A DNA stretch of 64,000 bases from Fidelibacterota bacterium (GTDB lineage Bacteria; Fidelibacterota; Marinisomatia; SCGC-AAA003-L08; JACNLC01): the NCBI GenBank assembly GCA_014381725.1, contig JACNLC010000044.1:3033-67032 (forward strand), written 5' to 3'. Below are positions 51,834 to 61,459 of the stretch, one piece after another. The notes beneath the pieces were generated by a model. It was not told where the DNA came from. It saw nothing but the letters and a program-made list of their open reading frames with translations, and made no database searches. How positions within the stretch are numbered: position 1 is the first letter of the stretch; every line of letters starts with the position of its first letter. The position numbers were made by a program, and so were the translations under genes.

Positions 51834-51905
51834 GGCCCGTTCGTCTAGTGGTTAGGACTCAGGGTTTTCATCTCTGCAACAGGAGTTCGATTCTCCTACG
51901 GGCTA
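51834..51905 (+). tRNA. tRNA-Glu (anticodon TTC), no encoded CCA
   Basis: Cloverleaf: acceptor GGCCCGT/ACGGGCT (G1-U72 wobble), D arm GTCT-AGTGGTTA-GGAC, anticodon arm CAGGG-TTTTCAT-CTCTG, T arm AGGAG-TTCGATT-CTCCT, discriminator A. Confidence 0.85.
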
Positions 51906-51906
51906 C

Positions 51907-51939
51907 AAAAAAACCGACTAAATGTCGGTTTTTTGTTTT
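51907..51939 (+). terminator. Rho-independent terminator of tRNA-Glu
   Basis: AAAAAAACCGAC-taaat-GTCGGTTTTTT followed by GTTTT. Confidence 0.8.
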
Positions 51940-52175
51940 CTAACAGATTTATTATAGAGTTTCAAAAAGAATCCCAACAAAATATCGAAACATTATATAA
52001 CAATTATCAAAACCTAGTTATGATATCACTCTAATGATTTAGTCTGTTTTATAATCGTTTTGGACAGATATGGATTTTCAAAATATTTATTGTAAATCTA
52101 CAAAGAGATTTGATTAAGGAATGTTAAATTACAAAGGCAGATTTAATGTGTTATTAATTAATCAACTAAAATAAA

Positions 52176-55133
52176 ATGACATTGAAAAAATTGATATTTG
52201 GTTTAATTCTCTTGTTTGGATTTCTGTTTTCATACGATGAATTTCTTACTAGAGAGTTTACAATAAAAGATGGTTTTGTTGGAGGAACTGTTACCGACAT
52301 CTTTCAAGATCACCACGACAGAATTTGGTTTTGTTCATCCGAAGGAATTTGTATCTTTGATGCTGAAGAGTTTACTAATTCCGCACAATCTGACTTGTTA
52401 CCTTCATCTTTTGTAGAATGCGGAATTGAAGATCCTTTAAATAGAGTTTGGCTTGGTACTCAAAGCGGACTTGTAAAGATTGAAAATAACGAATCAGTAG
52501 TTTTCACAGTTCATGATGGTTTACCTTCGAATGATATTAAAACAGTAATTTTTTGGAACAAACAACTATGGGTTGGAACGACGAAGGGCATTGCTGTTTT
52601 GTTCGAATCTGAAAATAAATTTAGACAACCTGTTTTAGATTTTAGGATGAATCGAGTTTCAAAGTTCTATGTTGATAAGAGTGATAAACTATGGATTGGT
52701 TCATCAGATGGTTTGTGGATTCTTGATCCATTAAAAAACATAAATAGAATAAAACTTCCTGAAGAGAACCTTAAAATTTGGGAGATTATTGATATAAATG
52801 GTGTCATTTATGTTTCTACAGAAAAGTTCACAGAAAATATTCAAAATAAATATAAAGTGTTTCAAGTTCATTGGGATTTAAGTGTATCACAATTGCAAGA
52901 TGATCTTTGGTTTAAATCTGCAGTAGAACTTCCGAAATATGGTTTTGTGTTTTCATCATGGAATAAAATTATTGTTCAAAAACAATCATTTTCTGGAATT
53001 TCCAAAATTGCAGAATTTCCTTATGCGTGGATAACTGCTTTATTCCAAGATAGAGAAGGAAATACTTGGTTTGGAAGCAAAAATCGGCTTTTTTTTGTAA
53101 ATGATAAAAATATACGAATAAGAAGAAATGATACTGACAAATATGCTTTATCAGAATCGGTATATTCTACAACCATAAATGGAAATGTAGTTGTTACCGG
53201 AAGTGGGGAAAAAGCTAATGGTGTTTATTTTGAAAATTATAAATGGCAAAAGATCAAAAACTGTCCAACTAATGTTAGTGAAATTCAATACTCAAAATAT
53301 TTTGGATGGGTTGTAACTTCTGAAAATGGTTTTCTTGGGATTTTGGATACAAATTCTTGGACTGTAGAAAAATGTAAAAACATAGGTCCATTGTCAAATC
53401 ATCCAGTTATAGGGATTGCTGATTGTGAAAAATCTGCAACAATCTTGATTGCTACAAATAAGTCTATTTTTGAATACGATGGGAATCAAATTGATGAATG
53501 GAAACACAGAAATAGTGGAATAATAAATTGTATTTCCAAGTGGAACAATAAAATATATTTTGGTTGTGACAAAGGATTATTCAGTTTGTGTATCCAAACA
53601 AGAAAGCTAAATCCTATAAAAAAAGATAGTACTTCTTTTTTCTCAAAAATAGTTGATATGTCAGTTAGCGATAATCAAACTCTATTAGTGCTGGAAGACA
53701 ATGAAGGTTATGAATTTACAGCTGAAGATAATTATAATACCTTATTATTACCAAAAATAAAGAATCAGAAATTTAGATCAATATTGAAGCATAAAGGTCA
53801 CATTTGGATAAATACACTTGCCTCAATCTTGCATCTTTATGATGAAAACTATACAATTTATGATATTGATTGTGGAATGGTAACAACCTCGAATATGCAA
53901 TGGATGAATGATAAATTATGGATTTTGTCACATAATGGAGTTGTGCAAATATCTCCTCAAGTTATCAATCCCTATATTTCTGAAACGATTATATATTCTA
54001 TTCAAGATAACATCAGTATTATTTCAGATTCTCTAATATTACCAGTAAATGTCAATAATGTAAAATTTAGATTTTCATTACCTAGTTTTGCATCTATAGG
54101 TAGCCAAAAATATATTTATAGACTTTTGGGTTTAAACGACAATTGGCAATATAGTTTTAGTACAAAGTTAGAATTTCTTAATTTATCTCCAGGAGATTAT
54201 TGCCTTGAGGTCATTGGTTTTGACAGGCATGGTAAGTCTAAAGAAAGAGCAACACAAGTGTTTTTCACAGTATCTGAATCAGCAGAATTTCTAACATTAA
54301 TTATCATATTAACTTCGATTATGTTGTTGTCCATTATAGTAATAGCAACCAATTTCTTTACAAATCGTAGTATTAAAACAAAATTATCACATCAAACTGA
54401 TAAAATTGAAATTTGTCTTTTTAACTCATTTACAGTTGTTAAAAATGGTCAAATCATACCAAATATAGCTTGGCAGGGAAAACGATCTAAAGAGATTTTA
54501 TTCTTCTTAATATTGAAAGACTACCAACATAAAATTGGAGTTGATATTGAAGAATTCCATACTCAATTTTGGCCGGATGCTTCAACCGAAGAAGTTCTAA
54601 ATCGGAAAAATGTAGCTTTTTCTAGAATTCGATCAGCTGTTAGAATTACTGATCAAAAAGTTATCGTTTTAGAAAATAACCGTTATTTCTTTGATTGGAC
54701 AAACCCAGTATTCAAAATTGATATTATTGAATATAACAAGCATATAAATAACACTAAAAACTATAAAATTTCTGGACAAGTTGAAAGGATGTTTTCTGAG
54801 CATAAAAAAGCATTAGATATCTTTGGTAACGGGTTAACAACAGAATTTTCTTATAATTGGTGTGATGAAATTTATGAAGGTATGAAAAAAGAAATTAGAG
54901 ACATCACAATTGAAATATCTGAAGAATACTACCAAAATCGTGATTTCAACAAAGTTATTTATTTTACTCGAAAAATGCAAGCTTGGGATTATTTAGATGA
55001 AGTAGCAGTTGAGTTAGAAGTTAATTCATTAAAGAGAATTGGTAAATTAAAAGAAGCACAAGTTAAATTAGAAAAATTTAAAGCACTCTTTCTCAAAGAA
55101 ATAGGAGAGGAATCCAAGATAGAAATCACTTAA
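52176..55133 (+). CDS. Transmembrane one-component regulator: periplasmic Reg_prop beta-propeller + Y_Y_Y domain, one TM helix, cytoplasmic SARP-type winged-helix + BTAD
   Basis: 985 aa. N-terminal signal anchor. Propeller repeats (DHHDRIWFCSSEGICIFD, NRVWLGTQSGLVKIE, KQLWVGTTKGIAVL, DKLWIGSSDGLWILD, EGNTWFGSKNRLFFV). Y_Y_Y-like segment (QKYIYRLLGLNDNWQY...LSPGDYCLEV). TM helix FLTLIIILTSIMLLSIIVIATNFF. SARP-like segment IEICLFNSFTVVKNGQIIP...WQGKRSKEILFFLIL...FWPD...AFSRIRSAV, followed by a BTAD-like helical region. Confidence 0.7.
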   Translation: MTLKKLIFGLILLFGFLFSYDEFLTREFTIKDGFVGGTVTDIFQDHHDRIWFCSSEGICIFDAEEFTNSAQSDLLPSSFVECGIEDPLNRVWLGTQSGLVKIENNESVVFTVHDGLPSNDIKTVIFWNKQLWVGTTKGIAVLFESENKFRQPVLDFRMNRVSKFYVDKSDKLWIGSSDGLWILDPLKNINRIKLPEENLKIWEIIDINGVIYVSTEKFTENIQNKYKVFQVHWDLSVSQLQDDLWFKSAVELPKYGFVFSSWNKIIVQKQSFSGISKIAEFPYAWITALFQDREGNTWFGSKNRLFFVNDKNIRIRRNDTDKYALSESVYSTTINGNVVVTGSGEKANGVYFENYKWQKIKNCPTNVSEIQYSKYFGWVVTSENGFLGILDTNSWTVEKCKNIGPLSNHPVIGIADCEKSATILIATNKSIFEYDGNQIDEWKHRNSGIINCISKWNNKIYFGCDKGLFSLCIQTRKLNPIKKDSTSFFSKIVDMSVSDNQTLLVLEDNEGYEFTAEDNYNTLLLPKIKNQKFRSILKHKGHIWINTLASILHLYDENYTIYDIDCGMVTTSNMQWMNDKLWILSHNGVVQISPQVINPYISETIIYSIQDNISIISDSLILPVNVNNVKFRFSLPSFASIGSQKYIYRLLGLNDNWQYSFSTKLEFLNLSPGDYCLEVIGFDRHGKSKERATQVFFTVSESAEFLTLIIILTSIMLLSIIVIATNFFTNRSIKTKLSHQTDKIEICLFNSFTVVKNGQIIPNIAWQGKRSKEILFFLILKDYQHKIGVDIEEFHTQFWPDASTEEVLNRKNVAFSRIRSAVRITDQKVIVLENNRYFFDWTNPVFKIDIIEYNKHINNTKNYKISGQVERMFSEHKKALDIFGNGLTTEFSYNWCDEIYEGMKKEIRDITIEISEEYYQNRDFNKVIYFTRKMQAWDYLDEVAVELEVNSLKRIGKLKEAQVKLEKFKALFLKEIGEESKIEIT

Positions 55134-55263
55134 ATTTGTTAAAATTGTAATCAATTTATCGCAAAATAGTACAAATACTCCTAAAATCCACTAATAAAAT
55201 GACTGTTCATAAGGGAAAAATCAGTAAAAATGATGATATTTACTAAAAATATGAGAATAATTC

Positions 55264-55293
55264 TTGACTTTCTCGACGATAAACCCATAGTAT
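55264..55293 (+). promoter_or_regulatory. Candidate sigma70-type promoter of the mini-protein gene
   Basis: TTGACT (55264-55269), 18-nt spacer, TAGTAT (55288-55293). AGGAGGT Shine-Dalgarno 5 nt before the ATG at 55347. Confidence 0.4.
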
Positions 55294-55346
55294 TAGATGT
55301 TATATGAGATGTAACACTGTAATTTATAGTTTATTAGGAGGTATCA

Positions 55347-55574
55347 ATGGCAGAAAAAGTCAAAAAAGTCGGAATAAGTAAAGAAAAAGGTTATCTATAT
55401 TATCTTGACAAACAAGGTAATGTTAGCCGTTCAAAAATGGCTCGTGGCGACCAAAAAGGTGGAAACGCTGAAGTGGTTAACTCAGCTGGAGTTAAGCGTG
55501 AATCTGGCTATCTTTATTTCATAGATAAAGATGGTGATGTTTCTCGTGCTAAAATGGCTCGCGGACGCAAATAG
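55347..55574 (+). CDS. 75-aa basic protein made of two GYLY(F/Y)(I/L)DKxG(D/N)VSRxKMARG repeats
   Basis: Residues 9-34 and 48-73 are identical at 17 of 26 positions. Strong SD, own promoter-like element and own terminator. No family recognised. Confidence 0.7.
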   Translation: MAEKVKKVGISKEKGYLYYLDKQGNVSRSKMARGDQKGGNAEVVNSAGVKRESGYLYFIDKDGDVSRAKMARGRK

Positions 55575-55603
55575 AACTTTTATAGTTTTATCCGATAAAC
55601 AAA

Positions 55604-55641
55604 TAAGAGACCTCGTTCATTGAATGGGGTCTCTTGTTATT
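55604..55641 (+). terminator. Hairpin terminator after the mini-protein gene
   Basis: 10-bp stem AAGAGACCTC/GGGGTCTCTT (one G-U pair) with an 11-nt loop, then GTTATT (weak U-tract). Confidence 0.5.
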
Positions 55642-55654
55642 CAGCTTAAAATTA

Positions 55655-56920
55655 ATGAGAATTATTTTACAAACACTAATCTTTGCTTTATATTGCACTT
55701 CAACATTTGGCAATACAGTTACTTCAATTCAAATTGAAGGTAATAAACACACAAAGGATGAAATAATCCTCCGAGAAATACATCATTCTATTCCATCAGA
55801 ATTTAATAAAGAAATCGCAAAAGAAGATAGAAATCGTATCTATAATCTGGGATTATTTTCAACGGTTGAAATTACAGAAGTAAATTCTGTCTATAAAATC
55901 AAAGTAGCTGAGTCTCTAAGATGGATGCCCTTCCCAATGTTTGATTATAACGAAGCCAAAGGTAAAAATGGCTGGTCTTATGGGGGAGGACTCGCATTTC
56001 TTAATTTTAGAGGACTAAATGAAAAATTATATCTTGGCGGAACAATTGGTGAAACAAAGTCATATTTCTTTAACTTTGAAGATCCGTGGATGTGGGGAGA
56101 CCATGGTTCTGTAAATTTTGGCATTTCTGATAATACTTTTGATGATGCAGTTTACGCTTATGAATTTCACCAAAAAAGTTTTTCTATTGGCACAGGTTAC
56201 TACATAGGACTTCACCATCAATTTGAGTATAAATTAGGATTTGATCATATAAAAATAGATGAAATGGCCGATACATTATACCAACAATTACCAGAGAGCA
56301 GTATTCTTGAACAACAACATATTTCAGCATTTTTTGAATATGTATATGATTCTAGGGATATTTATACAGACCCGACTAAAGGTTGGTTAATTACGAGTAA
56401 TTTATCTTCAAATATCGGTGTAGATAGTTCTTATTCTTATTACAATATTGATTTTGATTTTACAAAGTATATTGAGATTTCACAGCTTCCGTTTGAGCCT
56501 GTTTTATCTATCAACACTTCAATATTTATGCAATTTTCTGAACACCTCCCGATTTTCTGCAAAACTTATTTGGGTGGAGAAGATTATGTTAGAGGATATT
56601 CTTCAATTCCTTCCGATAATCCTATGGAAGCGGTAGATAAAATTGAAGTGGAAAATCTAATATTTCATAGTTTAGAATATCAACATACACTCATTCCAAA
56701 GAAAGATTTTGGAGGTGTTGAAATGGGAATTGATTTTGTATTATTTACCGATTTTGGTTATGGTGCAGATAACTTACAAAAACTGAAACCATCTAATGGA
56801 CTATTAGGTTTCGGTTATGGATTTACGTTCTTTATGTCATCAATGGGAGTTCTTGGGTTTGATTTTGGATTTAATCCATATGAAAACGGTTATCTGATGC
56901 ATCTTTCAATGTCCAACTGA
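55655..56920 (+). CDS. Omp85/BamA-family outer-membrane protein with a single POTRA domain
   Basis: Signal peptide MRIILQTLIFALYCTSTFG. POTRA-like VTSIQIEGNKHTKDEIILREI. C-terminal surface-antigen (D15) beta-barrel with alternating aromatic strands. I prefer the ATG at 55655 because the TTG at 55634 lies inside the upstream terminator hairpin. Confidence 0.7.
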   Translation: MRIILQTLIFALYCTSTFGNTVTSIQIEGNKHTKDEIILREIHHSIPSEFNKEIAKEDRNRIYNLGLFSTVEITEVNSVYKIKVAESLRWMPFPMFDYNEAKGKNGWSYGGGLAFLNFRGLNEKLYLGGTIGETKSYFFNFEDPWMWGDHGSVNFGISDNTFDDAVYAYEFHQKSFSIGTGYYIGLHHQFEYKLGFDHIKIDEMADTLYQQLPESSILEQQHISAFFEYVYDSRDIYTDPTKGWLITSNLSSNIGVDSSYSYYNIDFDFTKYIEISQLPFEPVLSINTSIFMQFSEHLPIFCKTYLGGEDYVRGYSSIPSDNPMEAVDKIEVENLIFHSLEYQHTLIPKKDFGGVEMGIDFVLFTDFGYGADNLQKLKPSNGLLGFGYGFTFFMSSMGVLGFDFGFNPYENGYLMHLSMSN

Positions 56921-56922
56921 TT

Positions 56923-57534
56923 TTAATTATTTTTTCTAAAAATCATTGCCTTTTCAAATCTGTTTTCTTTTCCTTTAACCATTCTTTGTAGATTACTTCT
57001 GTGAGTAAATATCATCAACAAAGCTAGGATTGATGAGAAAATTATAAACTGAATGTCCTCACCGAAAAAGTAAGAGAACAACGGAATTGATATTGATGAT
57101 ATCATTGTTCCTAATCCAACAAACCCTGTGAAAATTAAAATAATAATCCAAATTGGAATCGCAATTAGTAGAATGATGTAATTTAGAGAACCAATTACTC
57201 CAATTGCTGTACCGGCACCTTTACCGCCTTTAAATCCAAAGAATATGGGATAAATATGACCTATGATAACTGCTCCACCACACAAAAGTAGTAAACTATT
57301 AGGAGGCAAACTATAAATATTTGCAATGAATTTTACAGCAATAATTCCTTTTGTAACATCAATCATTAATACGATTAACGCAAATAGTTTCCCTTGTGTC
57401 CTAAGTGCATTTGTACTTCCCGCATTGCCACTTCCCTCGTTACGGATGTCAATTCCTTTGATTTTGCCTAAAATCAGACTACCTGATAATGAACCAACCA
57501 AATAACTGAATATTACTTTCAATAGAATTTCCAT
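56923..57534 (-). CDS. plsY: Glycerol-3-phosphate acyltransferase PlsY
   Basis: 203 aa, multi-TM. GSGNAGSTN and FKGGKGAGT motifs. Confidence 0.9.
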   Translation of the reverse strand: MEILLKVIFSYLVGSLSGSLILGKIKGIDIRNEGSGNAGSTNALRTQGKLFALIVLMIDVTKGIIAVKFIANIYSLPPNSLLLLCGGAVIIGHIYPIFFGFKGGKGAGTAIGVIGSLNYIILLIAIPIWIIILIFTGFVGLGTMISSISIPLFSYFFGEDIQFIIFSSILALLMIFTHRSNLQRMVKGKENRFEKAMIFRKNN

Positions 57535-57581
57535 TAAATGAATCCTCTTTACAATAGTCTGAAATTAAAGAAATATTGATA

Positions 57582-58721
57582 TCATTCAATAGTGTTATTT
57601 TGACTAAATATTTTCAATAATCTGATGGTTTTAAGTGCATCGAACCAGCGATGAAATTGTTTCTGGAAATGGATTTCTGTTGGAGACGATTTTTGTATTC
57701 CACCCCAAACATTTGATATTCCCTCTTGAATTAGGAAGTCTTTGAAATCTATGTGAATATTATTAGCTTTTTCCAATACAAATTCTAAGCTTGATTTGAA
57801 TGAATTTTGCCCTAGTTTCAACCATTTTTTCAATATTACAAACGCATCATCGGAATAATTTAACTGTTTCAAGTCATATCCAGATTGTGCTTGGTTCATT
57901 CGGAAACCAGTTCCCAAATAAATTCTATTTGATGGTCGTGATGAAGGAAAAACTAAAATATCCTCAATTGTGTGAACTTTAGAATATTTCGCCAATTCTT
58001 GAAGAAAATAAAAATCCTCTGTTGCTTTTTTCCGGGACATTCCACCTACAGCAATATAAGCTTTTGCAGAGCAAACAATCGTTGAACCTATTGCGTGATA
58101 TCCATAAGGAGAACCAGCTTGTCGAGTTTTTTCTGCAGTAGTTTTTAAAAAATTCTCATAAGCTCGAATTGCACTTTCGATTTCAGGATTATCCGACTTT
58201 TGATGTTCAAATCCAACTACTGCCGATTGACATTTGTGATTCGCAAAATATTTGTGAATGGTATTTAGGTAATTTGGTGATAAGAGTGTATCTGCATCTG
58301 TGCAACAAAGAAAACTATCTGGATTGGATAATGGGAGACATAAGTCCATCCCGATTTTACGAGCCAAGCCAACACCAGCGAATTTTTCTGGAAGGACTAA
58401 TCCTTGCGAGGATGCATCAATAACTGAAACTTCAAATTTGAATTTAGTATTTTGTAAATATGTAAGAGTATCTTGATTATTCTGAAAATCAGGTTTATCA
58501 ATTTCCTTTTTGTTATTGACCACAACAACAACCAAAGTGTTTTCTAACAATTTAAAAGATTGTTCAGAAATACAGTTCAGCGTTTTGGGCAGAGACTCAA
58601 ATTCAGAATAGGCCGGAATGACAATAAACGAATCGTATAAAGATTTTGATGGCTTTGGAGAAAGTTCCCACGGTCCATTTTCTCTGCGTTGGCGGAGATA
58701 TTTGGTTATGATTCTATCCAT
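57582..58721 (-). CDS. Family 2 glycosyltransferase
   Basis: 379 aa. FIVIPAYSEFESLPKTLNCISEQ...VVVVNN and a DAD (DxD) motif. Overlaps the miaA stop by 8 nt. Confidence 0.65.
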   Translation of the reverse strand: MDRIITKYLRQRRENGPWELSPKPSKSLYDSFIVIPAYSEFESLPKTLNCISEQSFKLLENTLVVVVVNNKKEIDKPDFQNNQDTLTYLQNTKFKFEVSVIDASSQGLVLPEKFAGVGLARKIGMDLCLPLSNPDSFLCCTDADTLLSPNYLNTIHKYFANHKCQSAVVGFEHQKSDNPEIESAIRAYENFLKTTAEKTRQAGSPYGYHAIGSTIVCSAKAYIAVGGMSRKKATEDFYFLQELAKYSKVHTIEDILVFPSSRPSNRIYLGTGFRMNQAQSGYDLKQLNYSDDAFVILKKWLKLGQNSFKSSLEFVLEKANNIHIDFKDFLIQEGISNVWGGIQKSSPTEIHFQKQFHRWFDALKTIRLLKIFSQNNTIE

Positions 58722-59640
58722 TTAAACTTAGAATGTCCATCGCTTTTTCAAAATCACCATTTTTCACCCAATTAATTTTGATTCCTCTGCGCTCCATACG
58801 ACGGAAAAATGTCATTTGCCGTTTTGAAAATTGATGAATAGCTATATTTAACCTTTTTGCCATTTCTTCCATGCTTAATTCACCTCTCAGATATTGACCA
58901 ATAAACCGATATTCCAGGCCGAAGTAATCTAGTCGGTCAAAAGGAACCCCTGATTTTACTAATGCTTCAACTTCTTCAATCATTCCATTTTCTAAGCGAT
59001 AATAAAGTCGCTTTGTGATTCGTTCTCTGACAATCTCTCTTGCACAATCCACGCCAAAAACTATATGATTATCAATTCTCAGCTTTTCAATTTTGGTGTC
59101 TGCAGTAGTTGTAGCCATCGCAATCTCTATTGCTCGGATAACTCGATTTTTAGCAGTTAAATCGGTTGTGTTATGTAATTTTGGATTTACACTATTTAAT
59201 TTTATTATCAAATCCTCAAGTGATTTTTGTTCTAACTTCTGCCTTAAATCAAAATCAGGTGCAACCTCAATCATTTCGTAATTCATTAAAATGGATTCAA
59301 TATACATACCTGTTCCACCGCATAATATTGGGATTCTATCACGAGATATTATGTCGTTGTATGCACGATAAAAATTCTTCTGAAAATGAAATACACTGGA
59401 ATCTTCTGATGGGTCCAAAATATCAATCAAATGGTGAGTAATTTTCTTACCGTCAATTGAATATTCTTCCAAATCTTTTCCTGTGCCGATATCCATACCA
59501 CGATAAACTTGCCGAGAATCTGCTGATATTATTTCACCATTCAATTCATTGGCGATCTTCACCGCTAAACCAGTTTTCCCTGTAGCTGTAGGTCCCAGTA
59601 TGACAATAAGGTCAGTTTCAACTATTTTCTGTAAATTCAT
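58714..59640 (-). CDS. miaA: tRNA dimethylallyltransferase
   Basis: 308 aa. P-loop ILGPTATGKTGLAV, SADSRQVYRGMDIGT and GGTGMY. Confidence 0.93.
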   Translation of the reverse strand: MNLQKIVETDLIVILGPTATGKTGLAVKIANELNGEIISADSRQVYRGMDIGTGKDLEEYSIDGKKITHHLIDILDPSEDSSVFHFQKNFYRAYNDIISRDRIPILCGGTGMYIESILMNYEMIEVAPDFDLRQKLEQKSLEDLIIKLNSVNPKLHNTTDLTAKNRVIRAIEIAMATTTADTKIEKLRIDNHIVFGVDCAREIVRERITKRLYYRLENGMIEEVEALVKSGVPFDRLDYFGLEYRFIGQYLRGELSMEEMAKRLNIAIHQFSKRQMTFFRRMERRGIKINWVKNGDFEKAMDILSLNG

Positions 59641-59757
59641 CTATGAAATTTAAGTAACATTTGTTTTTATTAGATTAATATTTTCGAGATTTATATTTTA
59701 TACAATCTTAATATTTTTGTAGTTTCGAGTTATGAAACTTAATCAAAAGGAGTCATT

Positions 59758-60960
59758 ATGTTAGAAGCCATCATTACAATAATTAGTCTGATTATTGGAA
59801 TCATTATCGGTTGGGTTATCCAGTCGAAATTTACAAATCAAATCAGTAAAGAAGAATTTGATGTTTTGGGCAATCAACTGTCAGAAGCTCAACGGGCAGA
59901 AGTCATAGCAAACACACGAATTGAAGAAATGGAAAGTCGTATCGAAGAAGAAAAAAAGCGCATCAAGGAAGTTCGCGAGGAAATGGAAAATGCATTTAAA
60001 GCACTTGCTTCAGAAGCACTAAAAGGTAATAGCGAAGAATTTCTAAAAATCGCAGGAGAAAAATTCAAAACTCTATCTGATACAACAGAAACCCAACTAA
60101 CCGAAAAGAAAAAACTCATCGACCAAAATTTAGGTGAAATGAGTAAAACGCTCGAGAATATTCGCACTCAATCTACAGAACTTAAAACCAGCTTGGATGA
60201 TAGTAAAAGTCAAACTATTCGTCTTCAAAATACAACTGAAAAACTCCAAAGAGTTTTATCCTCTTCTCAACAACGCGGACAATGGGGCGAACGGATGGTG
60301 GAAGATATACTTCGAATAATTGGGATGGTTGAAAATAAAAATTACCGTAAACAACAGATGGTTGAATCGGGTGAAAAACCAGATTTTACATTCCTTCTAC
60401 CTAAAGAAAAAACTCTAAATATGGATGTTAAATTTCCTCTAGCTCACTACGATAAATTTGTAAATGCTGAACGAGAAGAAGAACAAATCACTGAGAAAAA
60501 AGAATTTTTGAAAGATGTGCGAAAGCATATTAAAACGATTGCTGGAAGAGAATATATAAACCCAGAACAAGGCACCCTCGATTATGTAATGATGTTTATA
60601 CCAAACGAGTCAATTTACGGATTCATCAATAAAGAAGATGCTGATATCATCGATTTCGCATTAGAAAAAGGCGTTTTGCTTTGTTCACCTTTGACTTTAT
60701 ACGCAGTATTATCGCTTGTGTATCAAGCTACTATTAATTTTGTTGTAGAAAATAAAGCGACAGAAGTTATGAAATTACTTGCTGAATTTAAAAAACAATG
60801 GGAAAAATATGGTGGTTTAATGGAGAAAATGGGCAAGAGTTTGGAAACTACGAGAAATCACTTTGATGCGCTGAATACTACAAGAACTCGCCAACTAGAA
60901 AAACCACTCAGAAAAATTGATGATATTACAGAAAATATGATGCTCGAAGAAACTAATTGA
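59758..60960 (+). CDS. rmuC: DNA recombination protein RmuC
   Basis: 400 aa. N-terminal TM helix, long coiled coil, and a RmuC nuclease-like core (RGQWGERMVEDIL...PDFTFLLP...DVKFPL...MFIPNESIY). Confidence 0.85.
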   Translation: MLEAIITIISLIIGIIIGWVIQSKFTNQISKEEFDVLGNQLSEAQRAEVIANTRIEEMESRIEEEKKRIKEVREEMENAFKALASEALKGNSEEFLKIAGEKFKTLSDTTETQLTEKKKLIDQNLGEMSKTLENIRTQSTELKTSLDDSKSQTIRLQNTTEKLQRVLSSSQQRGQWGERMVEDILRIIGMVENKNYRKQQMVESGEKPDFTFLLPKEKTLNMDVKFPLAHYDKFVNAEREEEQITEKKEFLKDVRKHIKTIAGREYINPEQGTLDYVMMFIPNESIYGFINKEDADIIDFALEKGVLLCSPLTLYAVLSLVYQATINFVVENKATEVMKLLAEFKKQWEKYGGLMEKMGKSLETTRNHFDALNTTRTRQLEKPLRKIDDITENMMLEETN

Positions 60961-61062
60961 TAGAACGGTAATCCACGCGTGGTTTGCTATAATATTGGTA
61001 TCTCTTTTAACAATTTTAATGGTTTCTCAAAAGAGTCTGATAATCGTGAATTTTATTGTTGA

Positions 61063-61452
61063 CTATTGATAATTTAGCTCTTCCACTTCCAAATCTTTGT
61101 TTATCCAAAGCCCGATAACAGATACTGGTAAATTCCACGATTTAATAGTTTCTATGCTATTTTTAATATGTTCAATATGAATTTCCTTTGATACTGGATT
61201 TCCGGCACAGTCATCGTGACCGGTAACCGCAATAACCTCTGAACAGTGTTTTTCAATGGAAATCACTACTCTGTTGCGGATTGAATTCACAAGTTCTGAT
61301 GATTCTTTAGATAGTATTTTGTCTGGCCCGGGTTCAGTTATCATATCGACAAATTGGACATTATATTTTTGTTTCATCCATTCAATTACAGGAATTTGAA
61401 CTCTGCCATCCATACAATTTATTGCTGTTGCAAAAGTTGATTTTGGTTTCAT
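61063..61452 (-). CDS. Small protein with beta-carbonic-anhydrase-like metal-site motifs
   Basis: 129 aa. CMDGR (C-x-D-x-R) and GHDDCAG (H-x-x-C), in the order found in beta-CAs but in a much shorter protein. Confidence 0.4.
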   Translation of the reverse strand: MKPKSTFATAINCMDGRVQIPVIEWMKQKYNVQFVDMITEPGPDKILSKESSELVNSIRNRVVISIEKHCSEVIAVTGHDDCAGNPVSKEIHIEHIKNSIETIKSWNLPVSVIGLWINKDLEVEELNYQ

Positions 61453-61459
61453 AAATATA

